Position numbers and translations under genes: made by a program. Below, one piece after another: positions 30,940 to 39,687 of a stretch of 64,000 nucleotides of DNA. Source of the DNA: Solibacteraceae bacterium (GTDB taxonomy: Bacteria > Acidobacteriota > Terriglobia > Bryobacterales > Bryobacteraceae); contig JALSRK010000032.1 in NCBI GenBank assembly GCA_026984795.1, forward strand, positions 1-64,000, in the 5' to 3' direction. Under the pieces are notes generated by a model. It saw nothing but the letters and a program-made list of their open reading frames with translations. It was not told the DNA's origin and did not search any database. Positions within the stretch are counted from its first letter, which is position 1; every line of letters begins with the position of its first letter.

Positions 30940-31614
30940 ATGCAAGATCCAGGACAAGAACGTGCCGGAAGGCTGCCCACGGTCGTCGTGGCGGAGCCGC
31001 TCGCCCTCGTCCGGGAGGGCATTTCCGCGCTGTGCGAAAGCACCGGCGAGTACAGCGTCGTCAGCCACCACGAGGATGGCGAGGCGGCCCTGGCGGCGAT
31101 CGAGGAGTCGCGGCCGGACCTGGCTGTGCTCGATTTCGAGATCCCGCGCCTGTTCGTGCTGGAGGTGGTGCGGAAGGTGCGGCTGAAGAATCTGCCCACC
31201 CGGAGCGTGGTAGTCGGGACCCGCACGGACCGCAAGACCACCGTCGAAGTGCTCCGGAGCGGAGCGAGCGGCTACGTGCTGAAAAACGGCCCCGGCCGCC
31301 ACTTGCTGGAGGCCTTCGAAGAGATCCTCAAAGGGGGTGTTTACGTATCGCCGTTGGTGGATCTCGAGCAGGTGTTCCTGGCCTCGCACGACAAGGAAGA
31401 CAGGGATCCTCTGGAGGCGCTGTCGGCGAGAGAGTACCAAGTCTTCACGCTGCTGATCGAGGGGGTGCGGGCCAAGGAGATCGCCGCCCGGCTGGAGCTG
31501 AGTCCCAAGACGGTGGATACTTACCGGGCCAGCCTCATGCGCAAGCTGGACATCCACGACGTGGCGGGACTGGTGAAGTACGCGATCCGGCGGAAGCTGA
31601 TCGCGGCGATCTGA
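30940..31614 (+). CDS. NarL/FixJ-family response regulator (REC + LuxR HTH)
   Basis: The receiver has the acceptor DLAVLDFEIP. The C-terminus LSAREYQVFTLLIEGVRAKEIAARLELSPKTVDTYRASLMRKL is a LuxR-type HTH. The track start at 30931 is a GTG; the ATG is at 30940. Confidence 0.9.
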   Translation: MQDPGQERAGRLPTVVVAEPLALVREGISALCESTGEYSVVSHHEDGEAALAAIEESRPDLAVLDFEIPRLFVLEVVRKVRLKNLPTRSVVVGTRTDRKTTVEVLRSGASGYVLKNGPGRHLLEAFEEILKGGVYVSPLVDLEQVFLASHDKEDRDPLEALSAREYQVFTLLIEGVRAKEIAARLELSPKTVDTYRASLMRKLDIHDVAGLVKYAIRRKLIAAI

Positions 31615-31727
31615 GGGGGCGCGGGCGGTCCCGTGTGGTAGCATGAAACAAGACAAGGACCCCGTCCTGGTGCGCCTTTGACCGGAAGGGCGCGGGTGCG
31701 GGCGCCGGTGGATTCCCGAGGTTTTCC

Positions 31728-32438
31728 GTGGACAGGCTGACTCGCAAGGAACTGAAAACCGACAAGTTCGCCGCCGAAGTCGGCGAGGTGCTCGACTTTC
31801 TCGAAGAGCACCGCCGGCAAGCGACGATCGCCGGCATCGCGATTGTAGCGCTGCTGGTGGCCGCGGTGGGGGGCTACTACTACACGAAGCGGCAGCATTC
31901 CATCCGGCAAGCGGCGCTGCGCGAGGCGCTTACCGTTTTTCAGGCTACCGTGGGCGACGTGCCGAACCCCTACCTGCCCAGTTTCAAGACCGAGGAAGAG
32001 AAGCGCCGGGCGGTCCAGAAAGCATTCACGGAAATCATCGAGAGATACCCGGGCAGTGACGAGGCGGTGATTGCGACTTATTACTTGGGCGTGGAGGCCT
32101 TGAACCGGGGCGACACGGCCGAAGCCGAGAAGCGCTTTCGGGAAGCGGCCGAAGCAGACCGTCAGCCGTACAGTTCCCAGGCGGCGTATTCGCTGGCCCA
32201 ACTCTATGACCGCCAGGGCAAGACCGAGCAGGCGCAGAAGATCTACCGGGATTTGATGAAGCACCCCACGGTCCTGGTTTCCAAGGAGCAGGCGACGATC
32301 GCCCTGGCCCGGAGCATCGGCAAGCAGAACCCGGAAGAAGCACGGAAGTTGCTGGAGCCTCTGCGGGCCGGGCGCGGGCCTGTAAGCCGGGCCGCTCTCA
32401 CCGCGCTGGGCGAGCTCCAGCAGGGTGCGACCCCATGA
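31728..32438 (+). CDS. membrane-anchored TPR protein (YfgM-like)
   Basis: GTG start. The N-terminus MDRLTRKELKTDKFAAEVGEVLDFLEEHRRQ plus a single TM helix and C-terminal TPR-like repeats is the YfgM/DUF2133-type architecture. Confidence 0.65.
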   Translation: MDRLTRKELKTDKFAAEVGEVLDFLEEHRRQATIAGIAIVALLVAAVGGYYYTKRQHSIRQAALREALTVFQATVGDVPNPYLPSFKTEEEKRRAVQKAFTEIIERYPGSDEAVIATYYLGVEALNRGDTAEAEKRFREAAEADRQPYSSQAAYSLAQLYDRQGKTEQAQKIYRDLMKHPTVLVSKEQATIALARSIGKQNPEEARKLLEPLRAGRGPVSRAALTALGELQQGATP

Positions 32439-32457
32439 GCTGACCTTCGGCTGTCAG

Positions 32458-33579
32458 ATGGCCGCCGACCTCCGGCATCTGCGATTTCCTCTTTCCGCAT
32501 CCCGCGGCCGCCGATATCCTGAGCCGGACCACCCCTACCGCAACGCCTTCCAGCGAGACCGCGACCGGATCATCCATACGCGGGCCTTCCGGCGGCTGGA
32601 GAACAAGACCCAGGTCTTCACGCCGGGTCTCTCGGACCATTTCCGGAACCGGCTGACGCACACCATCGAAGTGGCCCAGATCGCGCGCACTGTGGCCGGC
32701 GTGCTCGGGCTCGACGAAGATCTCACCGAGTCGTTGGCCTTGGCCCACGACATCGGCCACCCCCCGTTCGCGCACGCCGGCGAGGAGGCGCTGGACCGTT
32801 GCATGCGGAGCTTCGGCGAGCGGTTCGACCACAATCTCCACGCGCTGCGGATCGTCGAGAGTTTCGAGCGCCGCTACGCGGCCTTTCCGGGGCTGAACTT
32901 GACCTTCGAAGTGCGGGAAGGCATCGTGAAGCACTCCCGGGACCTGGAGCCGGGCGGCGCCGCAGAGTTGGCGGAGTATCTGCCTGGGTTGAGACCGCCG
33001 CTGGAGGCGCAGCTCATCGACCCGGCCGACGAGATCGCCTACAACACCGCCGACCTCGACGATGCCTGCGGCGCGGGCCTCATCGAAACCGGCGAGATCG
33101 CCGGCGCCGTGGATTGCTTCGCCCGCTTCTTGAGGCCGGCTCGCGCGCGCTACCCGGAGGCGGACGAGCGTGTCGTCTTCCATGAAGCGCTGCGGGCCCT
33201 GTTCGATTGGCTGGTTTCGAGCCTGATCGAGGGGACGCGGGCGCGAGCCGAGGAGGCGGGTGCGGCAGACCACGAAGAGGTGCGGCGGCACCCGCGCCGG
33301 CTGGCAAGCTTCACTGAGGAAGGCCGGGAGGCCATCCGGGCCCTGAAAGCCTTCCTCAAGGAGCGGGTCTACGATTCGCCCGAGCTGATCGCCGAACGGC
33401 AGCGCTCCCAGCAGATGATCCGCCGCCTGTTCGACTATTACTTGCACGACACGAACCGTTTGCCCGAGCCGTACCGCAGCCAGGCCGCCCGCCAGCCGCC
33501 GCAGCGGGTGGCCTGCGACTACATCGCCGGGATGACGGACCCGTTCTTCAAACGGACATACAGAACGGTCTTCGGTTGA
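32458..33579 (+). CDS. dgt: deoxyguanosinetriphosphate triphosphohydrolase-like protein (HD domain)
   Basis: The sequence contains FQRDRDRIIHTRAFRRLENKTQVF, RLTHTIEVAQIAR and the HD motif LAHDIGHPPFAH. The track ORF starts at 32425, overlapping the TPR gene. The ATG at 32458 is preferred. Confidence 0.9.
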   Translation: MAADLRHLRFPLSASRGRRYPEPDHPYRNAFQRDRDRIIHTRAFRRLENKTQVFTPGLSDHFRNRLTHTIEVAQIARTVAGVLGLDEDLTESLALAHDIGHPPFAHAGEEALDRCMRSFGERFDHNLHALRIVESFERRYAAFPGLNLTFEVREGIVKHSRDLEPGGAAELAEYLPGLRPPLEAQLIDPADEIAYNTADLDDACGAGLIETGEIAGAVDCFARFLRPARARYPEADERVVFHEALRALFDWLVSSLIEGTRARAEEAGAADHEEVRRHPRRLASFTEEGREAIRALKAFLKERVYDSPELIAERQRSQQMIRRLFDYYLHDTNRLPEPYRSQAARQPPQRVACDYIAGMTDPFFKRTYRTVFG

Positions 33580-33583
33580 GGAT

Positions 33584-33739
33584 TCACTTCTCCTGGCGGC
33601 TGATGGCGTGCGAGAACTCGACGGAACGCACGATGTATACCTTGCGGATCTGCCGCTCGATCTCGGCGACGATCCGCTCGAGCCGTTCGTCCTCGCCGTG
33701 TTCGACTTCCACTTTGAAATACAGGTCGGTCTGGGCCAT
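33584..33739 (-). CDS. possible small protein (51 aa), function unknown
   Basis: This ORF is below the ORF-track size cut-off. Manual translation gives MAQTDLYFKVEVEHGEDERLERIVAEIERQIRKVYIVRSVEFSHAISRQEK. Third-codon positions are strongly G/C-biased like real genes here, but no SD is seen. Confidence 0.4.
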   Translation of the reverse strand: MAQTDLYFKVEVEHGEDERLERIVAEIERQIRKVYIVRSVEFSHAISRQEK

Positions 33740-34008
33740 CTAACGTAAATGATACGATAGGAACTTCGATGGACCGGCGATCGTTTCTGGGAGCTGAGGT
33801 TTCGGCGTCGATGCCGTTGGCGGTCCCCCCGATTACCGTGCCTGTCACCTCCGCTGGGCCCTGCGGGCCGGCTGGCCGGGCCATCCACGCCAAGGGGCGC
33901 CGGGGCGTGGTCGGCATGGAGCACGGCTACTCGGAGCCGGGCATGAAGAGGTTGGAGAAATGCTTCCGGGCCTACCGCAAGGCGGACGCCTGGGATGGAT
34001 GAGCGAGC

Positions 34009-34653
34009 ATGGCTGGTTGTGAAATCTGTGAGAAGCGGCGCCCCAAGCGCTATTGCTTGGCCCTGCGGGCGGAGATTTGCCCACTCTGTTGCGGCGAGGA
34101 GCGGGAGCAGACGATCGACTGCCCGCTGGAATGCCAATACTTGCGGGAAGCGCACGCGCGCGAGAAGCCGAACGAGCTGGATCCGGAGCAGTTGCCGTAC
34201 CGGGACGTCGAGATCACCGAGGAGTTTCTGGCGCAAAACGGACCGTTGGTGAGCGAGGCGGGCCGCCTGGTGGCGGAGGCCGGCCTCGGCATGCCGGGGA
34301 CGGCGGACAAGGACGTCCTGGAAGCGCTCGACGCCATGATCCGCACCCTGAAGACGCTCGAATCGGGCGTGATCTACGAGACGAGGCCGGCGAACCCCTA
34401 CGCGGCGAACGTCTACGAGAGGGTGCGGGCCGGCATCGAAGAGTTCCGGAAGAAGTGGTTCGAAGAGACGGGGATGCACAGCTTCCGCGACCGGGACGTC
34501 ATGGGGGCGCTCATCTTCCTCCGGCGCCTGGGCGACCTGTACCAGAACGGGCGGAAACGGGGCCGGGCCTTCCTGGCGAAGCTGCGCGGGGCTTTCGGCC
34601 GGGCGCCGCAGTCCGAGACCCGGGCCACGCGCCCGACGATCATCCGGCCCTGA
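34009..34653 (+). CDS. hypothetical protein with N-terminal 9-Cys zinc-finger-like cluster
   Basis: 214 aa. The N-terminus is MAGCEICEKRRPKRYCLALRAEICPLCCGEEREQTIDCPLEC and the remainder is predicted to be helical. I recognise no family. Confidence 0.65.
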   Translation: MAGCEICEKRRPKRYCLALRAEICPLCCGEEREQTIDCPLECQYLREAHAREKPNELDPEQLPYRDVEITEEFLAQNGPLVSEAGRLVAEAGLGMPGTADKDVLEALDAMIRTLKTLESGVIYETRPANPYAANVYERVRAGIEEFRKKWFEETGMHSFRDRDVMGALIFLRRLGDLYQNGRKRGRAFLAKLRGAFGRAPQSETRATRPTIIRP

Positions 34654-34671
34654 GGGGCGGGGCTCGGAGGA

Positions 34672-35079
34672 ATGGGGTCTGTGAGGACCGGCTATATCGT
34701 CTTCGCCCATGGCTCACGCTTGGAAGAGGCGAACGAGGCCGTGCGGCAGGTGGCGGCGGAGCTGTCCCGGGCCGGGGGCTTCGATCTGGTAGAGACGGCG
34801 TTTCTCGATTGCACGCCGCCGGACCTGATGGAGGCGGTGGGCAAGCTGGCCGAGCGGGGCGCGGAGCGGATCGTCGTGCTTCCTTATTTCCTTACGCTCG
34901 GCCGGCACGCGGCCGAGGATCTGCCGCGCATCGCCGCCGAGGCCTCGCGCATCCATAAGGGTGTACGGGTGGAGATCGCGCCGGGGCTGGAGGGGCACCC
35001 GGCGCTGGTCGAGGCGCTCCTCGACTGCGCGCGCTCACTCGACGAGGGGCTTTCCGAAGAACGTGGCACTGCAAGCTAA
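34672..35079 (+). CDS. CbiX/SirB-type (small) sirohydrochlorin chelatase domain protein
   Basis: 135 aa. The FAHGSR block, the VVLPYFLTLGRHAAEDLP block and the overall size match CbiX(S). Confidence 0.75.
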   Translation: MGSVRTGYIVFAHGSRLEEANEAVRQVAAELSRAGGFDLVETAFLDCTPPDLMEAVGKLAERGAERIVVLPYFLTLGRHAAEDLPRIAAEASRIHKGVRVEIAPGLEGHPALVEALLDCARSLDEGLSEERGTAS

Positions 35080-35758
35080 GCTTCTGAATTTCAAAGACAT
35101 TGCACCGGAAGTCCGGCACTTCGTCTTCGAAGTGGAGGGCGCCGGCGAGTTCGATTTCCGTCCGGGGCAGTTCGTCTCGCTGACCGATGAAATCGGCGGG
35201 CGGAAGGTGACCCGCGCCTACTCGCTGGCCTCGCCGCCGAACGGGAACCGCTTCGAGCTGTGCCTGAACCGGGTGAAGCTGGGGGCCTTCTCGCCGCACC
35301 TATTTTCTCTGAGGCCAGGCGGGACGGTGCCGATGAAGGGGCCGTACGGCAGCTTCACGCTGCGGGAGCCGGTCCGCGACGCGGTCTTCGTGGCCACGGG
35401 TACCGGGGTGGCGCCGTTCCGCTCGATGCTTCTCGACGAGCGGCTCTGGGAGGCGGGCAAGGACTACACGCTGATCCTGGGCGTGCGGTACGCGGACGGC
35501 ATCCTATACCGGGAAGAGTTCGAGGCTCTGGAGAAGGAACACCCGAACTTCCGCTTCTGGCCGGTGGTGAGCCGCCCGGACGCCGCCTGGAAGGGCCGCA
35601 CCGGGTACGTTCAAGACCACGTGCTGGAGGCGGTGGGCGGCCGGCGGGAGATCGACGTCTACGTGTGCGGGCTGAAAGAAATGGTGAACGCGGTGCGGCG
35701 GCTACTGCTCGATCACGGCTTCGACAAGAAGCAGATCGTCTACGAGAAGTACGACTGA
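35063..35758 (+). CDS. ferredoxin-NADP reductase-like FAD/NAD(P)-binding oxidoreductase
   Basis: The FAD motif is RAYSLAS and the NAD motif is VFVATGTGVAPFRSM, with a C-terminal YVCGLKEMV...EKY. The GTG start at 35063 overlaps the cbiX-like stop by 17 nt. The longer track ORF from 34961 is an out-of-frame overlap with cbiX. Confidence 0.85.
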   Translation: MALQAKLLNFKDIAPEVRHFVFEVEGAGEFDFRPGQFVSLTDEIGGRKVTRAYSLASPPNGNRFELCLNRVKLGAFSPHLFSLRPGGTVPMKGPYGSFTLREPVRDAVFVATGTGVAPFRSMLLDERLWEAGKDYTLILGVRYADGILYREEFEALEKEHPNFRFWPVVSRPDAAWKGRTGYVQDHVLEAVGGRREIDVYVCGLKEMVNAVRRLLLDHGFDKKQIVYEKYD

Positions 35759-35802
35759 CGCCTAACGGCCCTCCCGGCGGCCGCCGATAGTTAGGGATAG
35801 AG

Positions 35803-36027
35803 ATGTGGAACCCCACCCGTGTCCTTACGCTCGCAGCCGGCATCGCGAGTGTGTTCGCGGCGGTGGTTCTGATTCTCTACAAGGCGCTGCCGGGGCCGCA
35901 CGGCGCCCTCGACTACCTGGTGATCGGCACCGCCGCCACGCTGACGAGCCTGCTGGCGCTGTTCCTGATTCTGCTGAAGACCTGGGTGAAGGACCCCGAA
36001 GTCTTCTACCGGCGGCGCCGGCGCTGA
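35803..36027 (+). CDS. small two-TM membrane protein, function unknown
   Basis: 74 aa with two hydrophobic helices and a basic C-terminus (YRRRRR). Confidence 0.45.
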   Translation: MWNPTRVLTLAAGIASVFAAVVLILYKALPGPHGALDYLVIGTAATLTSLLALFLILLKTWVKDPEVFYRRRRR

Positions 36028-36042
36028 GTCCTGCCGCTCTGC

Positions 36043-38175
36043 CTAAGACCGCCGCCTGCGCCGCCGGGACCGGGACTCGGGTTCTACGACCGAGAAGTAG
36101 AGCCGGCGCTCCCGGGCGTCGATCCGGATGAGCTGGACGGTGAGCCGGTCGCCGATCGAGTACTTCTTTCCGGTGCGAGAGCCGACGATCTGGCGGGTGG
36201 ATTCGTTGTAGCCCCACCGCTCGCCGGGCAGCACGTCCAGCGGCACCATCCCTTCCACGAAGAGATCTTCGAGCTCGACGAAGAAGCCGTGGGGCGAGGT
36301 GTTGGTGATCAGGGCGGGGAAGTGGTCGCCAAGGCGGTCCGTCATGAAGTCGAGCTTCTTCCACTCCACCAGTTCGCGTTCGGCCTCGTCGGCGCGGCGC
36401 TCGGTGTCCGAGCAGTGGACGGCGAGCTTCTGCAGTTTGGCCGGGACGAACTCCGAGGGGCGGCCGTCGAGCAGGGCGCCCAGGGCGCGGTGGACGATGA
36501 GGTCCGGATAGCGCCGGATGGGCGAGGTGAAGTGGGTGTAGACGGGAGAGGCCAGGGCGAAGTGGCCGTGGTTGGCCTCCGAATAGCGAGCCTGTTTCAG
36601 AGAACGGAGCATGAGGTAGGTGAGGATGCGCTCTTCGGGCTTGCCTTCGATCTTCTTGATGAGCCGCTGGTAGTGTTTCGGGGCGATCTTGAAGTCGGCG
36701 GCGGGAACGAGGACGTCCTTGCGGACCTTGGGGCCGCCGCGGCGGCGGTGCACCTGGGGAAATCGTTTCCAGTCCAGTCCGCGGATACCGAGCGAGACGC
36801 CGAAGTGCCGGGCGATCTGCTCGAACTCGATCACCTTCTGCGGGTCCGGCGGCTCGTGGATGCGGTAGAGCAGCTCCCGGCCGGCCTCCTCCAGGTGTGA
36901 GGCGACGGCCTCGTTGGCCGCCAGCATAAACTCCTCGATGATGCGGTGGGCGATGTTGCGGGGGCTGCGGCCGATGCCCACCATCTCGCCGAACTCGTCG
37001 AACTCGATGAGCGGCTCGGGCAGGTCGAAGTCGATGGCGCCGCGGCGGGTGCGCTTGCGGTTCAGGATGATGGCCAGCTCGCGCATCAGCTCGAAGCGCT
37101 CCACCAGCGGAGCGTAACGCTCGCGCAGCCCGGCGTCGCCCTCGAGCAGCAGGTGGACGCTCGTGTAGGTCATCCGCTCGGCGCTGCGGATGACGCCGCG
37201 GCAGAATTCCTGTTTGACCACCCGGCCCTGGCGGTCGATCTCGAGCAACACGGACATGGTGAGCCGGTCCACCTTGGGGTTGAGCGAGCAGATGTCGGTG
37301 GAGAGCTCGAGCGGCAGCATCGGGATGGCCCGGTCCGGGAAGTAGACGCTGTTGCCGCGGAGGGCGGCTTCGCGGTCGATGGGGGTGTTCGGCTCGACGT
37401 AGTGGCTGACGTCGGCGATGTGAACGTGGAGGGCGAAGCGGCCGTTGTCGAGGCGGTCCACCCAGACGGCGTCGTCGAAGTCGCGGGCCGTCTCGCCGTC
37501 GATGGTCACGACGTCGAAGCTGCGGAAGTCGCGGCGGCCTTTCAGGTCCTCCTGGCGGATCACCGAGGGGATGTTCTGGGCCTGTTCGAGCACTTCGGGC
37601 GGGAAGCGGTGGGGAATGTGGTGCTTGCGGATGATGATCTCGACGTCCACGCCGAAGTCGCCGGGCCGGCCCAGGATCTCGATGACGCGGCCGACGGGGT
37701 TCTCGTCGCGCTTGGGGAACTCGATGATCTCGGCGTTGACGATCATGCCGTCGAGCTCATCCGGCCCGGCGACGGCGATGGGGGCCGGGCCGACGCGGTC
37801 CTCTTCGAGGTTCGACGGCGGCTTCTCCATCCCCGGCGGTATCTCGATCCAGTGCTGGATCCGGCTGTCGTGGGGCTCGACGTAGTTATGGCGGCGCATC
37901 TTGCGGAAGGCGCCGACGACGGTCTGATGGGCGCGCTCGGTGACCTTGACGATAGCGCCCTCGGCGCGGCCGTCGCGGGTGAGGTTTGCCAGCTTCACCA
38001 TGACCCGGTCGCCGTGCATGGCGTTGGCCATGGCGTCCGGGGGGATGAAGATATCACCGGCGACGCCGGGCAGTTCACGGTCCGGGATGACGAAACCGTA
38101 GCCGTCGCGGTGGACGGTAAGGCGGCCGGCGATGCGGGCGATGCGGGTGGAAGGTCGTTTCGCCACGTTCTTCAT
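36043..38175 (-). CDS. rnr: ribonuclease R
   Basis: 710 aa. N-terminal cold-shock/OB domains are followed by the RNB catalytic domain (TIDGETARDFDDAV) and a C-terminal S1 domain with a basic tail (RSRRRRRRS). Confidence 0.95.
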   Translation of the reverse strand: MKNVAKRPSTRIARIAGRLTVHRDGYGFVIPDRELPGVAGDIFIPPDAMANAMHGDRVMVKLANLTRDGRAEGAIVKVTERAHQTVVGAFRKMRRHNYVEPHDSRIQHWIEIPPGMEKPPSNLEEDRVGPAPIAVAGPDELDGMIVNAEIIEFPKRDENPVGRVIEILGRPGDFGVDVEIIIRKHHIPHRFPPEVLEQAQNIPSVIRQEDLKGRRDFRSFDVVTIDGETARDFDDAVWVDRLDNGRFALHVHIADVSHYVEPNTPIDREAALRGNSVYFPDRAIPMLPLELSTDICSLNPKVDRLTMSVLLEIDRQGRVVKQEFCRGVIRSAERMTYTSVHLLLEGDAGLRERYAPLVERFELMRELAIILNRKRTRRGAIDFDLPEPLIEFDEFGEMVGIGRSPRNIAHRIIEEFMLAANEAVASHLEEAGRELLYRIHEPPDPQKVIEFEQIARHFGVSLGIRGLDWKRFPQVHRRRGGPKVRKDVLVPAADFKIAPKHYQRLIKKIEGKPEERILTYLMLRSLKQARYSEANHGHFALASPVYTHFTSPIRRYPDLIVHRALGALLDGRPSEFVPAKLQKLAVHCSDTERRADEAERELVEWKKLDFMTDRLGDHFPALITNTSPHGFFVELEDLFVEGMVPLDVLPGERWGYNESTRQIVGSRTGKKYSIGDRLTVQLIRIDARERRLYFSVVEPESRSRRRRRRS

Positions 38176-38225
38176 TGAAACACGCGCGCCGGCGCGCAGT
38201 GAAGATCCTTCACCGGAGAGAGGCC

Positions 38226-38254
38226 CACCTAGAGAAGCGGCCTCCTCGAGGAGA
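38226..38254 (-). terminator. perfect 12-bp GC-rich hairpin (terminator of the oxidoreductase gene and/or rnr leader structure)
   Basis: AGCGGCCTCCTC (38226-38237), loop GAGGA, GAGGAGGCCGCT (38243-38254). It lies 59 nt downstream of the stop of 38313..39620 and 51 nt upstream of the rnr ATG. There is only a weak U-tail on the minus strand. Confidence 0.45.
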
Positions 38255-38312
38255 GGAGGCCGCTGGGTGAGGAGGAGTGTTCGGCCGGCATTCCGGCACG
38301 CGGGTCAGGTCC

Positions 38313-39620
38313 TCAGGCCTTGATGTCGTCCTTGTGGAAATCCCACTCGACCACGCGGTGTTCCTTGGCGGAGAGGTTGATCATGTGAGCGCAAGCGGCG
38401 GCCCGATGTCCGGCCAGGGCATCCTCCCAGTAAGGTTTACGCGTCCGGATCGAGTCGAGGAAGTGGCCCAGGTGGAGGACGGTGGTGTTCCGGCCTTGGT
38501 GATGGAACTGCTGCGCGCCGTCGATCGCTTTCGCCGGCCAGGTGGAAGGCACCTCGGCCTTGAGGGTCCTCGGGTCCTTGTAATAAGCTTCTTCCAGCGC
38601 CTTCGGCCAGCTTTCGACGATCCAGCGATTGTCCTCGATGGGGTGCTCGGGCGTGAAAGTCATTTCCCGCGCCAGGTTGATAGTCCCTTCCGTGCCGAGG
38701 AACTGGAAGCTGCCTTCGGAAGTGACCTGGTTGTTGAACGTGGCGCTCAAATTGACCACGAACCCATCCGGGTACTCGAGGATGGCGTTCAGCGTATCCG
38801 GCACTTCGCGGCTCGACTTCCAGCGGTACAGTTCCCCCATGGCGACCACTTTGGCCGGGGCCTTGGCGTCGAGCAGGAAGTGGATCGTCGTGCACAGGTG
38901 GACGAACAGGTCGGTGGCGATGCCCCCGGAGTAGTCCCAGTAACAGCGCCAGCGGAAGAAGCGCTCCAGGTCGAACGGACGCTTGGGCGCCGGGCCGAGG
39001 AACATCTCCCAATCGACGGTGTCCGGCGAGGCGTCGGGCGGAATGGGATAGATCCAGGCGCCGGAGGCGGTGTTCCGGTTGTAGGCGGCGCGGACCATGG
39101 TCACCTGGCCAAGCTTGCCTTCCTTGATCATCGCCTTGGCCTTGCGCTGTATCGGCCCGCTCATTCCCTGGCTGCCGACCTGGACGATGCGCCCGGCTTT
39201 CTCAGCCGCCCGGGCGATCTTGACGCCCTCGGAGGAGCGGTAGGTAAGGGGCTTCTCGCAGTAGACGTCCTTGCCGGCGGCGATGGCGTCGAGCACGATC
39301 GGGGCGTGCCAGTGGTCTGGCGTGGCCACGAGCACGGCATCGATGGAGGAGTCCGCCAGGAGTTCCTTGTAAGACGGGTAAACGCGGACATGACTGCCGA
39401 CCCGTTCCTTGGTCCGGGTGATGCGTCCCTTGTAGGCATCCACCACGCCGACGATCTTGTTGCCCGGCAGCGCCAGCAGCGCCTGCATCAACTCTTGAGA
39501 GCGGGCCCCGGCGCCGATGACGCCGATCTGGATCTGATCGTTCGCAGCGTAGGCGGCGCCGGCCCGGGCGGCGCCCGCGATTGCGGTAGCTTGCAAGAAT
39601 TTCCGGCGGGTTACTTTCAT
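38313..39620 (-). CDS. Gfo/Idh/MocA family oxidoreductase with twin-arginine signal
   Basis: The ATG at 39620 is preceded by AGGAGG. The leader MKVTRRKFLQATAIAGAARAGAAYA is a Tat leader. The Rossmann motif is IGVIGAGARS. The upstream 90 codons of the track ORF are rejected as an extension. Confidence 0.9.
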   Translation of the reverse strand: MKVTRRKFLQATAIAGAARAGAAYAANDQIQIGVIGAGARSQELMQALLALPGNKIVGVVDAYKGRITRTKERVGSHVRVYPSYKELLADSSIDAVLVATPDHWHAPIVLDAIAAGKDVYCEKPLTYRSSEGVKIARAAEKAGRIVQVGSQGMSGPIQRKAKAMIKEGKLGQVTMVRAAYNRNTASGAWIYPIPPDASPDTVDWEMFLGPAPKRPFDLERFFRWRCYWDYSGGIATDLFVHLCTTIHFLLDAKAPAKVVAMGELYRWKSSREVPDTLNAILEYPDGFVVNLSATFNNQVTSEGSFQFLGTEGTINLAREMTFTPEHPIEDNRWIVESWPKALEEAYYKDPRTLKAEVPSTWPAKAIDGAQQFHHQGRNTTVLHLGHFLDSIRTRKPYWEDALAGHRAAACAHMINLSAKEHRVVEWDFHKDDIKA

Positions 39621-39687
39621 GAATGACCTCCTGGTTGCACGCACGATTATACGCCGCGGCCGGGGCGCTATGGTAGACTCGGCCGGC

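Noticed and set aside
33769-34002. 77-aa ORF beginning MDRRSFLGA (Tat-like), ending 6 nt before the Cys-rich protein gene.
   Set aside because: The hydrophobic core after the RR motif is weak, there is no SD, and no family is recognisable. I mention it in a finding but do not call it as a feature.
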